In this document: positions 9,322 to 20,671 of the stretch, one piece after another
Layout of the letters: each line of letters starts with the position of its first letter
How positions within the stretch are numbered: position 1 is the first letter of the stretch
Program-made: the position numbers and the translations under genes
The notes under the pieces: generated by a model
The model's database searches: none
What the model saw: the letters and a program-made list of their open reading frames with translations, nothing else
Told to the model about the DNA's origin: nothing
Assembly (NCBI GenBank): GCA_029268695.1
Contig: JAQWNJ010000014.1
Coordinates: 64,751 to 128,750, forward strand
Direction: 5' to 3'
From: Bacteroidia bacterium
GTDB taxonomy: Bacteria > Bacteroidota > Bacteroidia > NS11-12g > UBA9320
DNA: 64,000 nt

Positions 9322-9978
9322 TTATAATAATTGAATTTCTAAGGCATCAATAGAACGAGCTAATTCAGGTTCTATTGCCTCACAAATTTCAATTAATAGA
9401 TTTCGTTGATCATCATTGAGTTCAATCATTCCAAGATTAGCACAAACACCTTCTACTGCTGCAATCACATTCTCAACACTCGTATATGATTTCAAAAATG
9501 CTGCCTTCATAAATCTTCGATGTTGGCCTTTCCATAATTCATCATCTTGCAATCCTGCATATCTCATAAACTTCAGAATCCAATCCATTTCAACACTATC
9601 AATCATAGCATAAAAATCATCTGCCAACGAAGGATTTTTATCCAAGAGTATTTTGTCCAAAAGAATTTCAACCATAATATGAGTTATGAAATAGTCTCGG
9701 TTGATATCCTTGTCACCACTTTCACGAATCATGTCAGTAGCTTTGTTGGTCAACTCTACAAATGTCATCCAGTTATGAAACTTTCGATCACTTGCAAAAT
9801 GCTTATTGCATCCGTCATTCATCGAAGCAATTTCCTTCGTAGTAAAGGTAATATTTTTGTACGGATTGATCCTTAATTTTGCAATATGTGCTCTTGCTAA
9901 ATCTGGAAGAATTAAACCTAGGTTGAAGTACTTGTTGTCTTCGTCTCTGTCGAAGTAATAATGACTTAAATAATTCAC
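9322..9978 (-). CDS. Hypothetical protein, ACP phosphodiesterase (AcpH)/Zn-dependent PLC-like
   Basis: MNYLSH...LGLILPDL; G..KHFASDRKFH; HIMVEILLD. Confidence 0.55.
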   Translation of the reverse strand: MNYLSHYYFDRDEDNKYFNLGLILPDLARAHIAKLRINPYKNITFTTKEIASMNDGCNKHFASDRKFHNWMTFVELTNKATDMIRESGDKDINRDYFITHIMVEILLDKILLDKNPSLADDFYAMIDSVEMDWILKFMRYAGLQDDELWKGQHRRFMKAAFLKSYTSVENVIAAVEGVCANLGMIELNDDQRNLLIEICEAIEPELARSIDALEIQLL

Positions 9979-10095
9979 TACTACAAAACAACGGTTTTTT
10001 TTTCATTTTGCGTAATCTAACCATTGTTATAACGAATCTTTAACCTGCAATTCTTTTTGCTAATGGTTTAATTAATACTTTCGCATCATCTCATT

Positions 10096-11475
10096 TTGAA
10101 AGTAACTAAAAAAACATCTGACAAGTTGGGAACAGAGAAAATGAGCAAACTCTTGCTCCAACAATCATTGCCCGCATCCATTGGTTTTTTAGTGATGTCA
10201 TTTTATCAAATGGTGGACGTATTTTTTGTAAGCAGATATGCAGAAGGAGAGATTGCTATTGCTGCTATAACAGTTGTTTTACCAATAACATTTCTAATTT
10301 CATCTTTTGGAATGGCAATTGGAGTAGGTGGTTCATCCGTTCTTGCAAGAGCTCTGGGTGAAGGAAATACCTCTAAAGCCCAAAAAACATTTGGAAATCA
10401 AATTAAGCTAACGGTGGGATTTGTACTTTTCTTTGTATTAGTTGGATATGTTTTTCAAGAACAGCTCTTACAAGTTTTTGGAGCAAATGACGAGATTATT
10501 CCATTTGCAAAGAAATATTTTAACATTCTTCTTCTTGGCCTTCCTTTTTTAGGTTGGGCTATGATGACTAATAATGTAATCCGTGCAGAGGGGAAACCCA
10601 AAGTGGCCATGTTGACCATGATTATCCCAGCAGTATCCAATATAATTCTTGACTATCTTTTAATATATCAATTTAATATGGGCATCATAGGTGCAGCTAT
10701 TGCTACCTCATCAGGCTACATACTCAGTGGGTTATATACCCTATGGTTCTTTGTGTCAGGAAGAAGCGAATTAAAATTAATCCCCGACGACTTAAAACTT
10801 GACTTTGGTTTAGTAAAAGAAATCACCTCTATAGGTTCAATAACACTAGTTAGACAAAGCATGTTTAGCATCCTCGCTATTGTGCTATATAGTCAGTTAA
10901 ATAAATGGGGGCTTATAGCCTATGAAAATACACTCGGTCAAAGCGGAGGGTCTCATGCTATTGCTATTTACGGGTTAATTAGAGGGTTTACCTTGTTTGT
11001 GGCATTCCCTATTATTGGTATAATGCAAGGATTAATGCCCATTGTCAGTTATAACTATGGTGCAAAGAATTGGCAAAGAGTTAGGCAATCTGTTTGGTTG
11101 GCTATAAAGTGGACAACATCCATTTCAATAATATTATTAACAATTATTACAGTTTTCCCTCAAGAACTGATTGAAATATTTACTGAAGATAAGGACCTTC
11201 TAAATCATACTCCAAGGGTATTGCGGCTAATCTTCCTTTCATTACCTCTAATGGGCATAGGATTCATAGGTGGGGGCTTTTTTCAAGCCATTGGCAAACC
11301 CATCCCAGCATTGGTGTTAACACTCGCAAGACAGGGACTTTTCATGATACCTCTAATGCACATTTTAAGTTACTTCTTGGGATTAGATGGAGTTTGGTTT
11401 TCCATGCCTTTAGGTGAAATATTAGCTGGAATTTGGGCAGGAATTTGGCTTTATACCAGGGTGAGGAGCTTATAG
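10096..11475 (+). CDS. MATE family efflux transporter (MepA-like)
   Basis: About 12 TM helices; YQMVDVFFV, NIILDYLLI, MGIIGAAIAT, PIVSYNYGA. Confidence 0.92.
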   Translation: MKVTKKTSDKLGTEKMSKLLLQQSLPASIGFLVMSFYQMVDVFFVSRYAEGEIAIAAITVVLPITFLISSFGMAIGVGGSSVLARALGEGNTSKAQKTFGNQIKLTVGFVLFFVLVGYVFQEQLLQVFGANDEIIPFAKKYFNILLLGLPFLGWAMMTNNVIRAEGKPKVAMLTMIIPAVSNIILDYLLIYQFNMGIIGAAIATSSGYILSGLYTLWFFVSGRSELKLIPDDLKLDFGLVKEITSIGSITLVRQSMFSILAIVLYSQLNKWGLIAYENTLGQSGGSHAIAIYGLIRGFTLFVAFPIIGIMQGLMPIVSYNYGAKNWQRVRQSVWLAIKWTTSISIILLTIITVFPQELIEIFTEDKDLLNHTPRVLRLIFLSLPLMGIGFIGGGFFQAIGKPIPALVLTLARQGLFMIPLMHILSYFLGLDGVWFSMPLGEILAGIWAGIWLYTRVRSL

Positions 11476-11505
11476 AAGATAAAGAAATTTACAGAGACTC
11501 TATAA

Positions 11506-14226
11506 TTAAATATCAAATGCCTCGTCTACTATTGCTTTTTGCTCTCGAGTGTGAACAGCTGCATATCCAGTAGCTGGGCTAGCACTGCTTTTGCGAGTAA
11601 TCTCTTTGAAATTTCTAGCCCAATCATATCGTAAAACATGCATCCAGGCACCCATATTTTTAGGTTCTTCTTGCACCCAACAAAATTCAGCTTTGGGGTA
11701 TTTTTTGAAAAGTTTCTTAATTTGAGACTCTGGCATTGGGTAGAGTTGTTCTATTCTAACGATTGCCACATCTTTTCTTTTTTCAGATTCCTGTTTTTGC
11801 AAAAGGTCATAATAAATTTTACCACTGCATAGATTTACTCTTTTTACTTTCTTTAAATCTACATAGTTATCATCTATCACCTCTTGAAATGTTCCGTTAG
11901 TAAAATCCTTTGTTGTGCTTACACATTTTGGATGTCTCAACAAACTTTTAGGACTCATAATAGCCAATGGTTTCCTAAAGTCTCTATGAATTTGTCGTCT
12001 GAGAGCATGAAATAAATTTGCAGGGTTTGTGATATTCATCACCTGCATATTTGCAGATGCACATAATTGCAAATATCGCTCTAGACGAGCACTACTATGT
12101 TCTGGACCTTGCCCCTCATATCCGTGAGGCAAAAGCATCACCAATCCACTGTACCTTCCCCATTTAGTTTCCCCACTTGCGACAAATTGATCAATCATCA
12201 CTTGACAACCATTGGCAAAATCTCCAAACTGAGCTTCCCAAATTGTAAGCCCTTGTGGGTTGGTAATTGAATACCCATATTCAAAACCTAATACTGCATA
12301 CTCAGACAATAAGGAATTATGTATATCAAACGGAGCTTGATCAGAAGAAATATGATTTAATGGGATAAATTTTTCAATACCATCTTCCATATTAATCACT
12401 GAATGTCTGTGTGAGAATGTTCCTCGTTCGACATCTTGCCCACTCATGCGAACCGGATGACCTTCATTAAGCAACGAACCATAAGCCATTAATTCACCTA
12501 TGGCCCAATCATATACTCCTGACGATATCAATTCTTATCTATCGTTATAAAGTTTGGTTACTTTTTTAATTGGGGTATGATTATCTGGGATGGAAGTAAT
12601 TGCAATTGCGACCTTTTCTAAACTCGCTTTTGTAACAGAAGTTTTAAATGAACGCTCAAAATCTGCTTTCGTACCGGATTTAATAACGCTCCAAGTATTT
12701 TTGGGTAGATTGTTATTTTTTGGTTTTTTATCCGCACGAACATCTTCTAGGTCCTCTTGAAGCATCTTTTTAAATTCACGCTCCATCTCTTTAGCAAGAT
12801 TTGCTTCTATTGTTCCTTGTTCACTGAGTTTTTTTGCATAGATTTCTCTTGGATTAGGATGTTTAGCAATCGTTTTGTAAAGCATAGGTTGGGTGAATTT
12901 TGGTTCATCACCCTCATTATGACCATATTTACGATATCCTAAAATATCAATAAATACATCCTTATTAAAGGTTTGCCTGTATTCTAATGCAAGTTTTATT
13001 GTATATATAACTGCTTCAACATCATCACCATTAACATGGAAAACGGGACATTTGGTAGTCTTAGCTACATCCGTACAGTAAATTGATGTTCTAGCGTCAG
13101 TATAGTTAGTCGTAAAACCAATTTGATTATTGGTAACTAGATGAAGTGTACCTCCAACATTATAACCGTCCAATCCAGCCATTTGAATAACCTCATAAAC
13201 GATACCCTGCCCAGCAATAGCGGCATCACCATGGATTAGTATGGGAGTGATTTTTGACAAATCTTTAGCATAACGTTCGTCCAATTTAGCTTTAGTCATT
13301 CCCTGTACAACAGGATTAACCGCCTCCAAATGACTTGGGTTAGGACATAGGTTGAGCTTAACCTTCTTGCCTAAACTGGTAGTTACAGAACTGGTATATC
13401 CCAAGTGGTATTTGACATCACCCTCAAATACGGAATCTTCATAGGCTTTACCTTCAAATTCATTGAAAATTTCAGCATAACTTTTTTTCATAATATTAGC
13501 TAAAACATTCAATCTCCCACGGTGAGCCATCCCGATAACAAACTCTTCTACACCTTGCCCTGAACCTAATTCAATTGCAGCATCTAAAGCGGGTATTAAC
13601 GACTCCAATCCCTCTAATGAAAATCGTTTTTGTCCAACATATTTAGTATGCAAAAAATTCTCAAATGCAACTGCATGATTAAGCTTTTCAAGGGTTAGTT
13701 TTTTCTGCTCAATTGTGAAGTCTGGTGTATTCTTTCTCTGCTCCATTCTACTTTGAAGCCACTCTAACTGCTTTGGGTTTGTCATATACATATACTCAAC
13801 CCCGATACTACCACAATAGGTCTGCTCACAATGAGCAATAATATCCTTTAGTTTTGCAGGACCAATCCCTAAAGCTACACCCGCATTAAATTTTTTATCT
13901 AAGTCTGATTTAGTAAGTCCAAAGTTCTCAATGGATAAATCTGGCGAATATTTTCGACGAGCTCTTACAGGATTTGTTTTCGTAAAAAGATGCCCTCTCG
14001 AACGATAACCCTTATTTATGAGATTCAAGACATTAATTTCTTTCATCATATCCTCAGATACGACTTCACTCGTTCCATTCAACCCTAAATCACCATAGGC
14101 CAGATCAAACCCTTCAAAAAATCGTTGCCAACTTTCGTCTAATGAAAATTTATCTGTTTTGTATTGTTCGTATAGATGTTCAATAGAATCAACATCTGCA
14201 TTGCTGAGGTATGAATGATTTAACAT
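11506..14226 (-). pseudogene. sucA: 2-oxoglutarate dehydrogenase E1 interrupted by one in-frame TAA at 12535-12537 (nonsense allele or base error)
   Basis: Both ORFs (14226-12535 and 12531-11506) are in one frame: KLYNDR*ELISSGVYDW. Motifs KRFSLEG, GDVKYHLG, NPSHLE, HGDAAIAGQG, WEAQFGDF, LPHGYEGQGPEHSSAR. Total span 2721 nt. Confidence 0.85.
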
Positions 14227-14243
14227 TAAAAAAATATGTTTAA

Positions 14244-14251
14244 CAAAAATA
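14244..14251 (-). promoter_or_regulatory. -7 promoter element for sucA
   Basis: TATTTTTG on the minus strand, 17 nt before the ATG. Confidence 0.5.
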
Positions 14252-14389
14252 TAAATGTGTTTTATTATGACTCACTTTATTTATGAAAGATTTATCCATA
14301 AAAATTCATCCATTGTAGAACCCCATAGTTACATGGTTTAATATTTAATATTAATGCACCTATTTCTCACTTTACCGTAACCAAAACAA

Positions 14390-14397
14390 TACATTTG
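14390..14397 (+). promoter_or_regulatory. -7 promoter element for mfd
   Basis: TACATTTG, 12 nt before GTG 14410. Confidence 0.55.
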
Positions 14398-14409
14398 CGT
14401 TCCTTATAA

Positions 14410-17400
14410 GTGAATAGCCAAGAATTTGCACATCTTTTTGATAAACATCCCGTTCTAAATCAGTTGGAGAATGAAGTTATAGCTGGGAAAACTCGCATTG
14501 GTATCCAGAATTGTATTGGATCTGCAAAGTCTATTACTATAGCTCATGTTCTTAAAAATTTGCAACGAAGTCAACTTATCATTTGTGACGACCTTGAGCA
14601 AGCGGAGAATATGTATTCAGATATGGAGGTATTCGCTAATCACAACTTGGTATTTTTATGGAAAGACTCGTTTAGGAAAAGTTTTAATCTTACACATTCA
14701 GATAATAACAAAATACAGAGTAATGCTAACGTTCTCGAAGCAATTTCAGACATTGAACACCCTAAAATTGTCGTAACCTACCCCGAGGCGATAACTGAAA
14801 AAATTATCAATCAAGATGAGCTAAAAAAAAGTAAACTAACATTCAGAGTTGGAGAAGAGGTTGACTTAGACTTTTTGATCGAATTACTCAATGAGTACCA
14901 TTTTTACAGAGAGGACTTTGTTTATGAGCCCGGACAGTTCTCCATCAGAGGAGGAATAATTGACTTATTTTCCTATGCTAATGACTTACCAATTCGACTT
15001 GAATTATTTGGTCGAACCATTGAAAGTATTCGAGAGTTTGATCCTGTTAGTCAACTCAGTACAAAAACACTGGTAAGAGGTACTGTAGTCCCCAATGTCT
15101 CGGAGAGTGTCCAGACGCAAGAGGGTACCCATATCCTCAATTACTTGGGTAAAAAAACCATTGTTTTCTCCACAGACTTACCCAAGGCCCTCGCTAAAAT
15201 AGAAAAAGGATTAGAAAAAGTCCATTCACAAGAAACTGAAGAACACAACCCTACTAACATTTTTTTCAAACTTTCTGAAATCATCCATCAAATCGGAGCT
15301 AATTCTGTAATAGAATTTGGGAGTCAATACCACTACAGGCCTTCAATCAAACTCAAATTTGATCAAGCACCTCAAGTACCCATCAATAAAAACTTTAACC
15401 TTCTTATTGACACCTTTAAATCGCTTGAAGAACAGGGATATAAACCCCTAATATTTTCTGAAAGTCCAAAACAGATTGAACGACTTGAAAGCATATTTGA
15501 TGATTTGAATGCGGGGTATCAGCTTCAACCTGTTTACAAAAGTTTAAGTGAGGGATTTATTGATCATTCACTCAAAGTTGCAGCATACACAGAACATCAG
15601 ATTTTTAATCGCTATTACCTTGCAAAATCAGGAAGATCAGTTTCTGCAAGCGGTGCTATTTCGCTAAAAGAATTACAAAACTTGAACCCCGGAGATTTTG
15701 TGGTTCACATTGACCACGGCATAGGCCAATTTAAGGGCTTGCAACGCATAGAAATGGCAGGTAAAATACAAGATGCTATTCGGATTGAGTATAAAAACAA
15801 TGACTTACTCTATGTGAATATTGCGTCCCTTTATAAAATCAGTAAGTACAAAGGGAATAGTGGCAATCCACCCAAAATAAACAAACTGGGTGGAGATGCC
15901 TGGACCAACCTAAAACGTAAAACCAAAGCTCAAGTCAAGGATATTGCTAAAGATCTAATCAAGTTGTACGCCAAGAGAAAGTCCGAAAAAGGGTTTCAAT
16001 TTCATCCTGACACCTACCTCCAAACTGAACTTGAGGCTAGTTTTTTATACGAAGATACCCCAGACCAAGCCAAGGCTACTGAAGATTTTAAGAAGGATAT
16101 GGAAAGTCCCAACCCCATGGATCGTCTTATCTGTGGTGATGTGGGATTTGGTAAAACAGAGATTGCAATTCGAGCTGCTTTCAAAGCAGTAACTGACAGT
16201 AAACAAGTTGCTATTTTAGTCCCTACTACCATTTTAGCTCAACAACACTATCAAACATTTAGAGACCGACTTCGAGATTTCCCATGCAATGTAGACTATG
16301 TAAATCGGTTCAGAACTGCAAAACAACAAAATCTAACATTAAAAAACCTTGCGGAGGGTAAATTGGACATTATCATCGGCACCCATAAATTATTAGGCAA
16401 AAAAACCAAGTTTAAAGATTTGGGATTACTAATTATCGATGAGGAACAAAAGTTTGGAGTTAGTGCCAAAGAACGACTTAAAGAGTTTAGAGCCAACGTA
16501 GATACATTAACACTGACGGCTACACCGATTCCTAGAACACTACACTTTTCGTTGATGGGTGCAAGAGATTTAAGCATTATACAAACCCCTCCACCTAACC
16601 GAAGACCAGTGCAAACTGAGGTTCAGGTATGGAATGATGAGATTCTGAAGGATGCAATTTCTGCAGAAATAACTCGCGGAGGACAAACTTTTGTTATTCA
16701 TAATCGAGTAAAGGATATTCAAGAAATTGCTCAACGAATTCAAAACCTAGTACCTCAGGCGAATGTGATTGTTGGTCATGGACAAATGAAGGGTGATGAA
16801 CTCGAAAAAGTCATGGTCCAATTCATTGAAGGTGAGTACAACGTATTGATAGCCACAACTATCATCGAGAGTGGATTAGACATACCCAATGCAAATACCA
16901 TCATCATCAATAATGCACACATGTTTGGACTTAGCGACTTACACCAAATGCGGGGAAGAGTTGGAAGAAGTAACATTAAAGCCTACTGTTATTTACTGGC
17001 ACCTCCCACTTATACTCTACCTGATGAAGGAAGACGAAGATTACAAGCCATTGAAGAATTTTCAGATTTAGGTAGTGGGTTCAATGTAGCCATGAGGGAT
17101 TTGGATATTCGTGGTGCAGGCAATCTCCTAGGAGCTGAACAAAGTGGATTTATTGCTGAAATAGGATTTAACATGTACCATAAAATATTGGATGAGGCCA
17201 TCCAAGAATTAAGAGAAGGTGAATTCAAGGAAGTACTCGAAAAAGTCGATGGTAAGCCCAAACCCCAAAAACTAGAAGTCACCACCACAGTAGAAACAGA
17301 CTTTGATGCTCGAATACCAGAAAATTACGTCAGTAATGTAGCTGAGAGAATCAACCTATATACCCAATTAAGTGCCTTAAATTTCTCTGAAGATCTAGAC

Positions 17401-17727
17401 CAAGCTGTGGAAAAGATCATTGATCGATTTGGCAAACTCCCCAAAGAAGTCTCTCAATTATTTATGAGTATTCGACTCAAAATAGCTGCTCAAAATATTT
17501 ACGCTGAGAAGGTAAAAACAAGAGGATCTGATGTGTTTTTATATTTTAATAATGATTTGGGTAAAGAATTCTACCAAGAGATGACATTTAGTAACATCAT
17601 GGAAATGGTTCGGATAAAGCCTGATCACTTCAGTTTTAACCAAACTAACAAACACCTCATCTTGACTATAAAAGGGTTTGGCAGTATTCAAGATAGCTTG
17701 AATCAAATAATGTTACTCGCCCAATAA
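14410..17727 (+). CDS. mfd: Transcription-repair coupling factor
   Basis: GQFSIRGGIIDLF; CarD-like PGDFVVHIDHGIG; MDRLICGDVGFGKTE; IIDEEQKFG; TATPIPRTL; RDLDIRGAGNLLG; TRCF C-terminus. Confidence 0.97.
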   Translation: MNSQEFAHLFDKHPVLNQLENEVIAGKTRIGIQNCIGSAKSITIAHVLKNLQRSQLIICDDLEQAENMYSDMEVFANHNLVFLWKDSFRKSFNLTHSDNNKIQSNANVLEAISDIEHPKIVVTYPEAITEKIINQDELKKSKLTFRVGEEVDLDFLIELLNEYHFYREDFVYEPGQFSIRGGIIDLFSYANDLPIRLELFGRTIESIREFDPVSQLSTKTLVRGTVVPNVSESVQTQEGTHILNYLGKKTIVFSTDLPKALAKIEKGLEKVHSQETEEHNPTNIFFKLSEIIHQIGANSVIEFGSQYHYRPSIKLKFDQAPQVPINKNFNLLIDTFKSLEEQGYKPLIFSESPKQIERLESIFDDLNAGYQLQPVYKSLSEGFIDHSLKVAAYTEHQIFNRYYLAKSGRSVSASGAISLKELQNLNPGDFVVHIDHGIGQFKGLQRIEMAGKIQDAIRIEYKNNDLLYVNIASLYKISKYKGNSGNPPKINKLGGDAWTNLKRKTKAQVKDIAKDLIKLYAKRKSEKGFQFHPDTYLQTELEASFLYEDTPDQAKATEDFKKDMESPNPMDRLICGDVGFGKTEIAIRAAFKAVTDSKQVAILVPTTILAQQHYQTFRDRLRDFPCNVDYVNRFRTAKQQNLTLKNLAEGKLDIIIGTHKLLGKKTKFKDLGLLIIDEEQKFGVSAKERLKEFRANVDTLTLTATPIPRTLHFSLMGARDLSIIQTPPPNRRPVQTEVQVWNDEILKDAISAEITRGGQTFVIHNRVKDIQEIAQRIQNLVPQANVIVGHGQMKGDELEKVMVQFIEGEYNVLIATTIIESGLDIPNANTIIINNAHMFGLSDLHQMRGRVGRSNIKAYCYLLAPPTYTLPDEGRRRLQAIEEFSDLGSGFNVAMRDLDIRGAGNLLGAEQSGFIAEIGFNMYHKILDEAIQELREGEFKEVLEKVDGKPKPQKLEVTTTVETDFDARIPENYVSNVAERINLYTQLSALNFSEDLDQAVEKIIDRFGKLPKEVSQLFMSIRLKIAAQNIYAEKVKTRGSDVFLYFNNDLGKEFYQEMTFSNIMEMVRIKPDHFSFNQTNKHLILTIKGFGSIQDSLNQIMLLAQ

Positions 17728-17776
17728 AATTCTACTTTTACAATCTCACAATAAAAGCACTTAAATTTGTGCATTC

Positions 17777-18751
17777 ATGAGACTAGTTACCTCAGATGAT
17801 ATCATTGATGTGTTGGCCAAAGGCAAACAACGTGGTTTGCGATTTTTAATATCTAAGCTCACTTTGAACAAGCTGAACCGAACCAAAAGTGCATTTGATA
17901 AATCTTCAATCAGCCACTCTAACTGGTGGATTATTCCAGAGGTAAAAGAACGTTGGAACAAACTCATAACTGGTAACCTAAAAGTAACCTACGAAACATT
18001 TATGATGAATGGTTATTTAAAAAATAAAAAAAATCTTCGATTACTATCTATTGGATCAGGATCATGCAGCCACGAATTAGAGCTGGCATCATATCCTAAT
18101 TTTGAGAAAATAGTCTGTGTTGACATTGCGGATAATCGTCTCAAAGAAGCAGAAAAAATAGCTCACTCAAAAGGCCTTCAAAACATTTCCTTTATATGTG
18201 CCAATGCTCTTGAATATTCATTTGAGTCAAATTTTGACATTGTATTTTTTCATTCATCTCTTCATCACTTTAACCATATCTCAAATCTGATACCCCACAA
18301 AATAATTCCTCTGTTAAAATCAGATGGCCATTTAATTATCAATGAGTATGTTGGTCCTACTCGGATTCAACACCCCAAACACCAAGTACAAGCTATCAAT
18401 CGAGGATTAAAACTTATCCCTAATAAATTCCGAAAACGCTTTAAGACGGGATGGATAAAGAGACTATATCATGGATCTGGGCTTATTCGTATGATACTAG
18501 CTGATCCATCCGAATGCATAGATTCATCAAGTATACTGCCTACTATTCATACCCATTTTAAAACGATTGATGAACGACCATACGGAGGAAATATACTCAT
18601 GCATGTTTTCAAAGACATCTCACATCATTTTCTAGATATGGATTCTGAAAGAAAATATATTCTTAATTCATTATTTGATTTTGAAGATGAATATCTTCAA
18701 AATCAACCTTCAGATTTTGTGTTTGGGATTTATCAATTAAAAAAGTCTTAG
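17777..18751 (+). CDS. Class I SAM-dependent methyltransferase
   Basis: LLSIGSGS (motif I), CVDIA, FDIVFFHSSLHH, LKSDGHLIINEY; TAAATTTG at 17762-17769. Confidence 0.85.
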   Translation: MRLVTSDDIIDVLAKGKQRGLRFLISKLTLNKLNRTKSAFDKSSISHSNWWIIPEVKERWNKLITGNLKVTYETFMMNGYLKNKKNLRLLSIGSGSCSHELELASYPNFEKIVCVDIADNRLKEAEKIAHSKGLQNISFICANALEYSFESNFDIVFFHSSLHHFNHISNLIPHKIIPLLKSDGHLIINEYVGPTRIQHPKHQVQAINRGLKLIPNKFRKRFKTGWIKRLYHGSGLIRMILADPSECIDSSSILPTIHTHFKTIDERPYGGNILMHVFKDISHHFLDMDSERKYILNSLFDFEDEYLQNQPSDFVFGIYQLKKS

Positions 18752-20004
18752 AATTTTTTTAACAACTCTCCAAACTCCCATATATCCATGTATGAATTGT
18801 AGAAAGGGACAGGAGCAAGTCTTATTACATTCGGTTCTCGCCAATCGGCTATTACGTCGTTAGCCGTTAAATAATCAAATAATGATTTCCCACTTGCATT
18901 GGTAAGCATACTTAATTGACAACCACGATCTTCAGGTGTAATGATCTCGAAGGCTAGCTTGGAGTTAGATGCCTGTGCATCTATGACCACCTGCTCTAAA
19001 AAACGATTTAATTTTTGCCCTTTAGTAGCTAAAGCATCCATCCCTACTTTATCAAATATATCCAAGGAAGCCTTGTGAGCAGCCATTGTAATAACGGGAG
19101 CATTACTCAACTGCCATCCTGCAGCACCTGGTTCAGGGATGTATCCACGTTTCATTTGAAAACGCTCACTTTCTTTGTGTCCCCACCAACCTGCAAATCG
19201 AGGCATATCTGGATTATGCCCATGTTTTTCATGGATAAATACACCACTCACTCCACCAGGACCAGAATTCATATACTTATAGGTACACCAGGCCGCAAAA
19301 TCTACCTTCCAGTCGTGTAGTTGTAGTTTGACATTACCTGCTGCATGAGCACAATCAAAACCAGCAATAGCTCCTACTTTATGTGCTGCTGCAGTTAGTG
19401 CTTTTATATCAAAATATTGTCCTGTATAATATTGTACACCACTAAAAAATAATAATGCCAATTCATCACCCGCTTCTTCAATGGCTTGCACAACGTCTTC
19501 TGTTCGAAGATGATGTTCTCCTTGCCTTGGCTCAAGCTCGATTACAGCATCATCATATTCATGCCCATGATGTTTCACTTGACTTTCAATGACATACATA
19601 TCACTTGGAAACGCTCCTGCTTCCATAATAATCTTATATCGTTTTGAAGACGGTCTATAAAAACTAACCAATAAAAGATGAAGATTGACTGTCAGATTGT
19701 TCATCACAATTACCTCATCTTTTTTTGCTCCTACAACATTAGCTTCTTTTTCAAAAAAATGATGATAGCTAAACCAAGGATTCTTTCCATGAAAATGCCC
19801 CTCAACACCAAAATTTTTCCAATCATCTAACTCTTGCTGAATATAGCTTTGGACAGATTTGGGTTGAAGCCCTAAAGAATTTCCAGTGAAGTATAGCTGT
19901 TCATTGCGGGTTTTGCCTGAGGGAATATAAAAATGGTTTCTATACTCTCTTAATGGGTCGTTATTATCCAAATCTTCGGCTATTTGTTTACTGGTAGTCA
20001 GCAT
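18748..20004 (-). CDS. kynU: Kynureninase
   Basis: YFTGNSLGLQPK, MNNLTVNLHLL, FDCAHAAGN, WCTYKYMNSGPG, DWREPNVIRLAP. Confidence 0.95.
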   Translation of the reverse strand: MLTTSKQIAEDLDNNDPLREYRNHFYIPSGKTRNEQLYFTGNSLGLQPKSVQSYIQQELDDWKNFGVEGHFHGKNPWFSYHHFFEKEANVVGAKKDEVIVMNNLTVNLHLLLVSFYRPSSKRYKIIMEAGAFPSDMYVIESQVKHHGHEYDDAVIELEPRQGEHHLRTEDVVQAIEEAGDELALLFFSGVQYYTGQYFDIKALTAAAHKVGAIAGFDCAHAAGNVKLQLHDWKVDFAAWCTYKYMNSGPGGVSGVFIHEKHGHNPDMPRFAGWWGHKESERFQMKRGYIPEPGAAGWQLSNAPVITMAAHKASLDIFDKVGMDALATKGQKLNRFLEQVVIDAQASNSKLAFEIITPEDRGCQLSMLTNASGKSLFDYLTANDVIADWREPNVIRLAPVPFYNSYMDIWEFGELLKKF

Positions 20005-20062
20005 AGTGCAAATAAAACAACAAAATATGGGTTCTGAAATTTAGTTTAGATATGATGTATTT

Positions 20063-20671
20063 TTAAAACAAACGCAAATAAGTGCCACTCTTGTACCCAT
20101 ACCCTTTGGGACTTATGTATTGATAGGAAGGATTATACAGTGTTTCATTATTTGAGTTTACCAAGCCATACTCGTTATTCAATTTTATGATAATGATATT
20201 TTGATTAACTAAATAAGGAGGTAAGGAATAAATAACGGGCAGTTTTAATTTGCCTTCTATGTCATAAGCTCCCCAAAGACCTCTTTGAGATTGTACCAAA
20301 ATAAGTCCAAATTTAGGCATCCGAACACGAACATAAATATTGGGCAATATCAGCTTCATTTGCCTTGTCAAAATATTCTGATAAACACTGTCTCCCACCA
20401 AGGCAAATCCATTTTTAAAATTACTCGCAAAGGCAAATCTATAAGGTGTCAATAATCTACCATCAGAGTTTAAATAGCCATACAAATCTCCTTCGGCTAC
20501 ATAAAACAATCCCTCAGAAAGCTCACTTACTTCAGAAAATCGATAACTGCTAATTTGCTGACCATTTTTAAAAATCGCCCTCTTGCGATTATTGGGGTGC
20601 TTTTTTACATTCCAAGATTGGGAATAGCCCCACAATCCAATAAATAAAAATAATACGAACCCTTTTCTCAT
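20063..20671 (-). CDS. WG-repeat-containing exported protein
   Basis: Signal peptide; repeats SEGL..V...YGYLN, FKNGFALV, WGAYD, YGLVN. Confidence 0.7.
   Translation of the reverse strand: MRKGFVLFLFIGLWGYSQSWNVKKHPNNRKRAIFKNGQQISSYRFSEVSELSEGLFYVAEGDLYGYLNSDGRLLTPYRFAFASNFKNGFALVGDSVYQNILTRQMKLILPNIYVRVRMPKFGLILVQSQRGLWGAYDIEGKLKLPVIYSLPPYLVNQNIIIIKLNNEYGLVNSNNETLYNPSYQYISPKGYGYKSGTYLRLF

Noticed and set aside
12535..12537. Stop-codon reassignment or Sec/Pyl recoding in sucA
   Set aside because: The codon is TAA, the usual terminator of most genes here; Sec and Pyl use TGA and TAG; no other gene shows internal stops
18748..20004. Functional link between kynU and the kynurenine modification of MbnP
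   Set aside because: About 15 kb apart with unrelated genes between; KynU acts on free kynurenine in Trp catabolism
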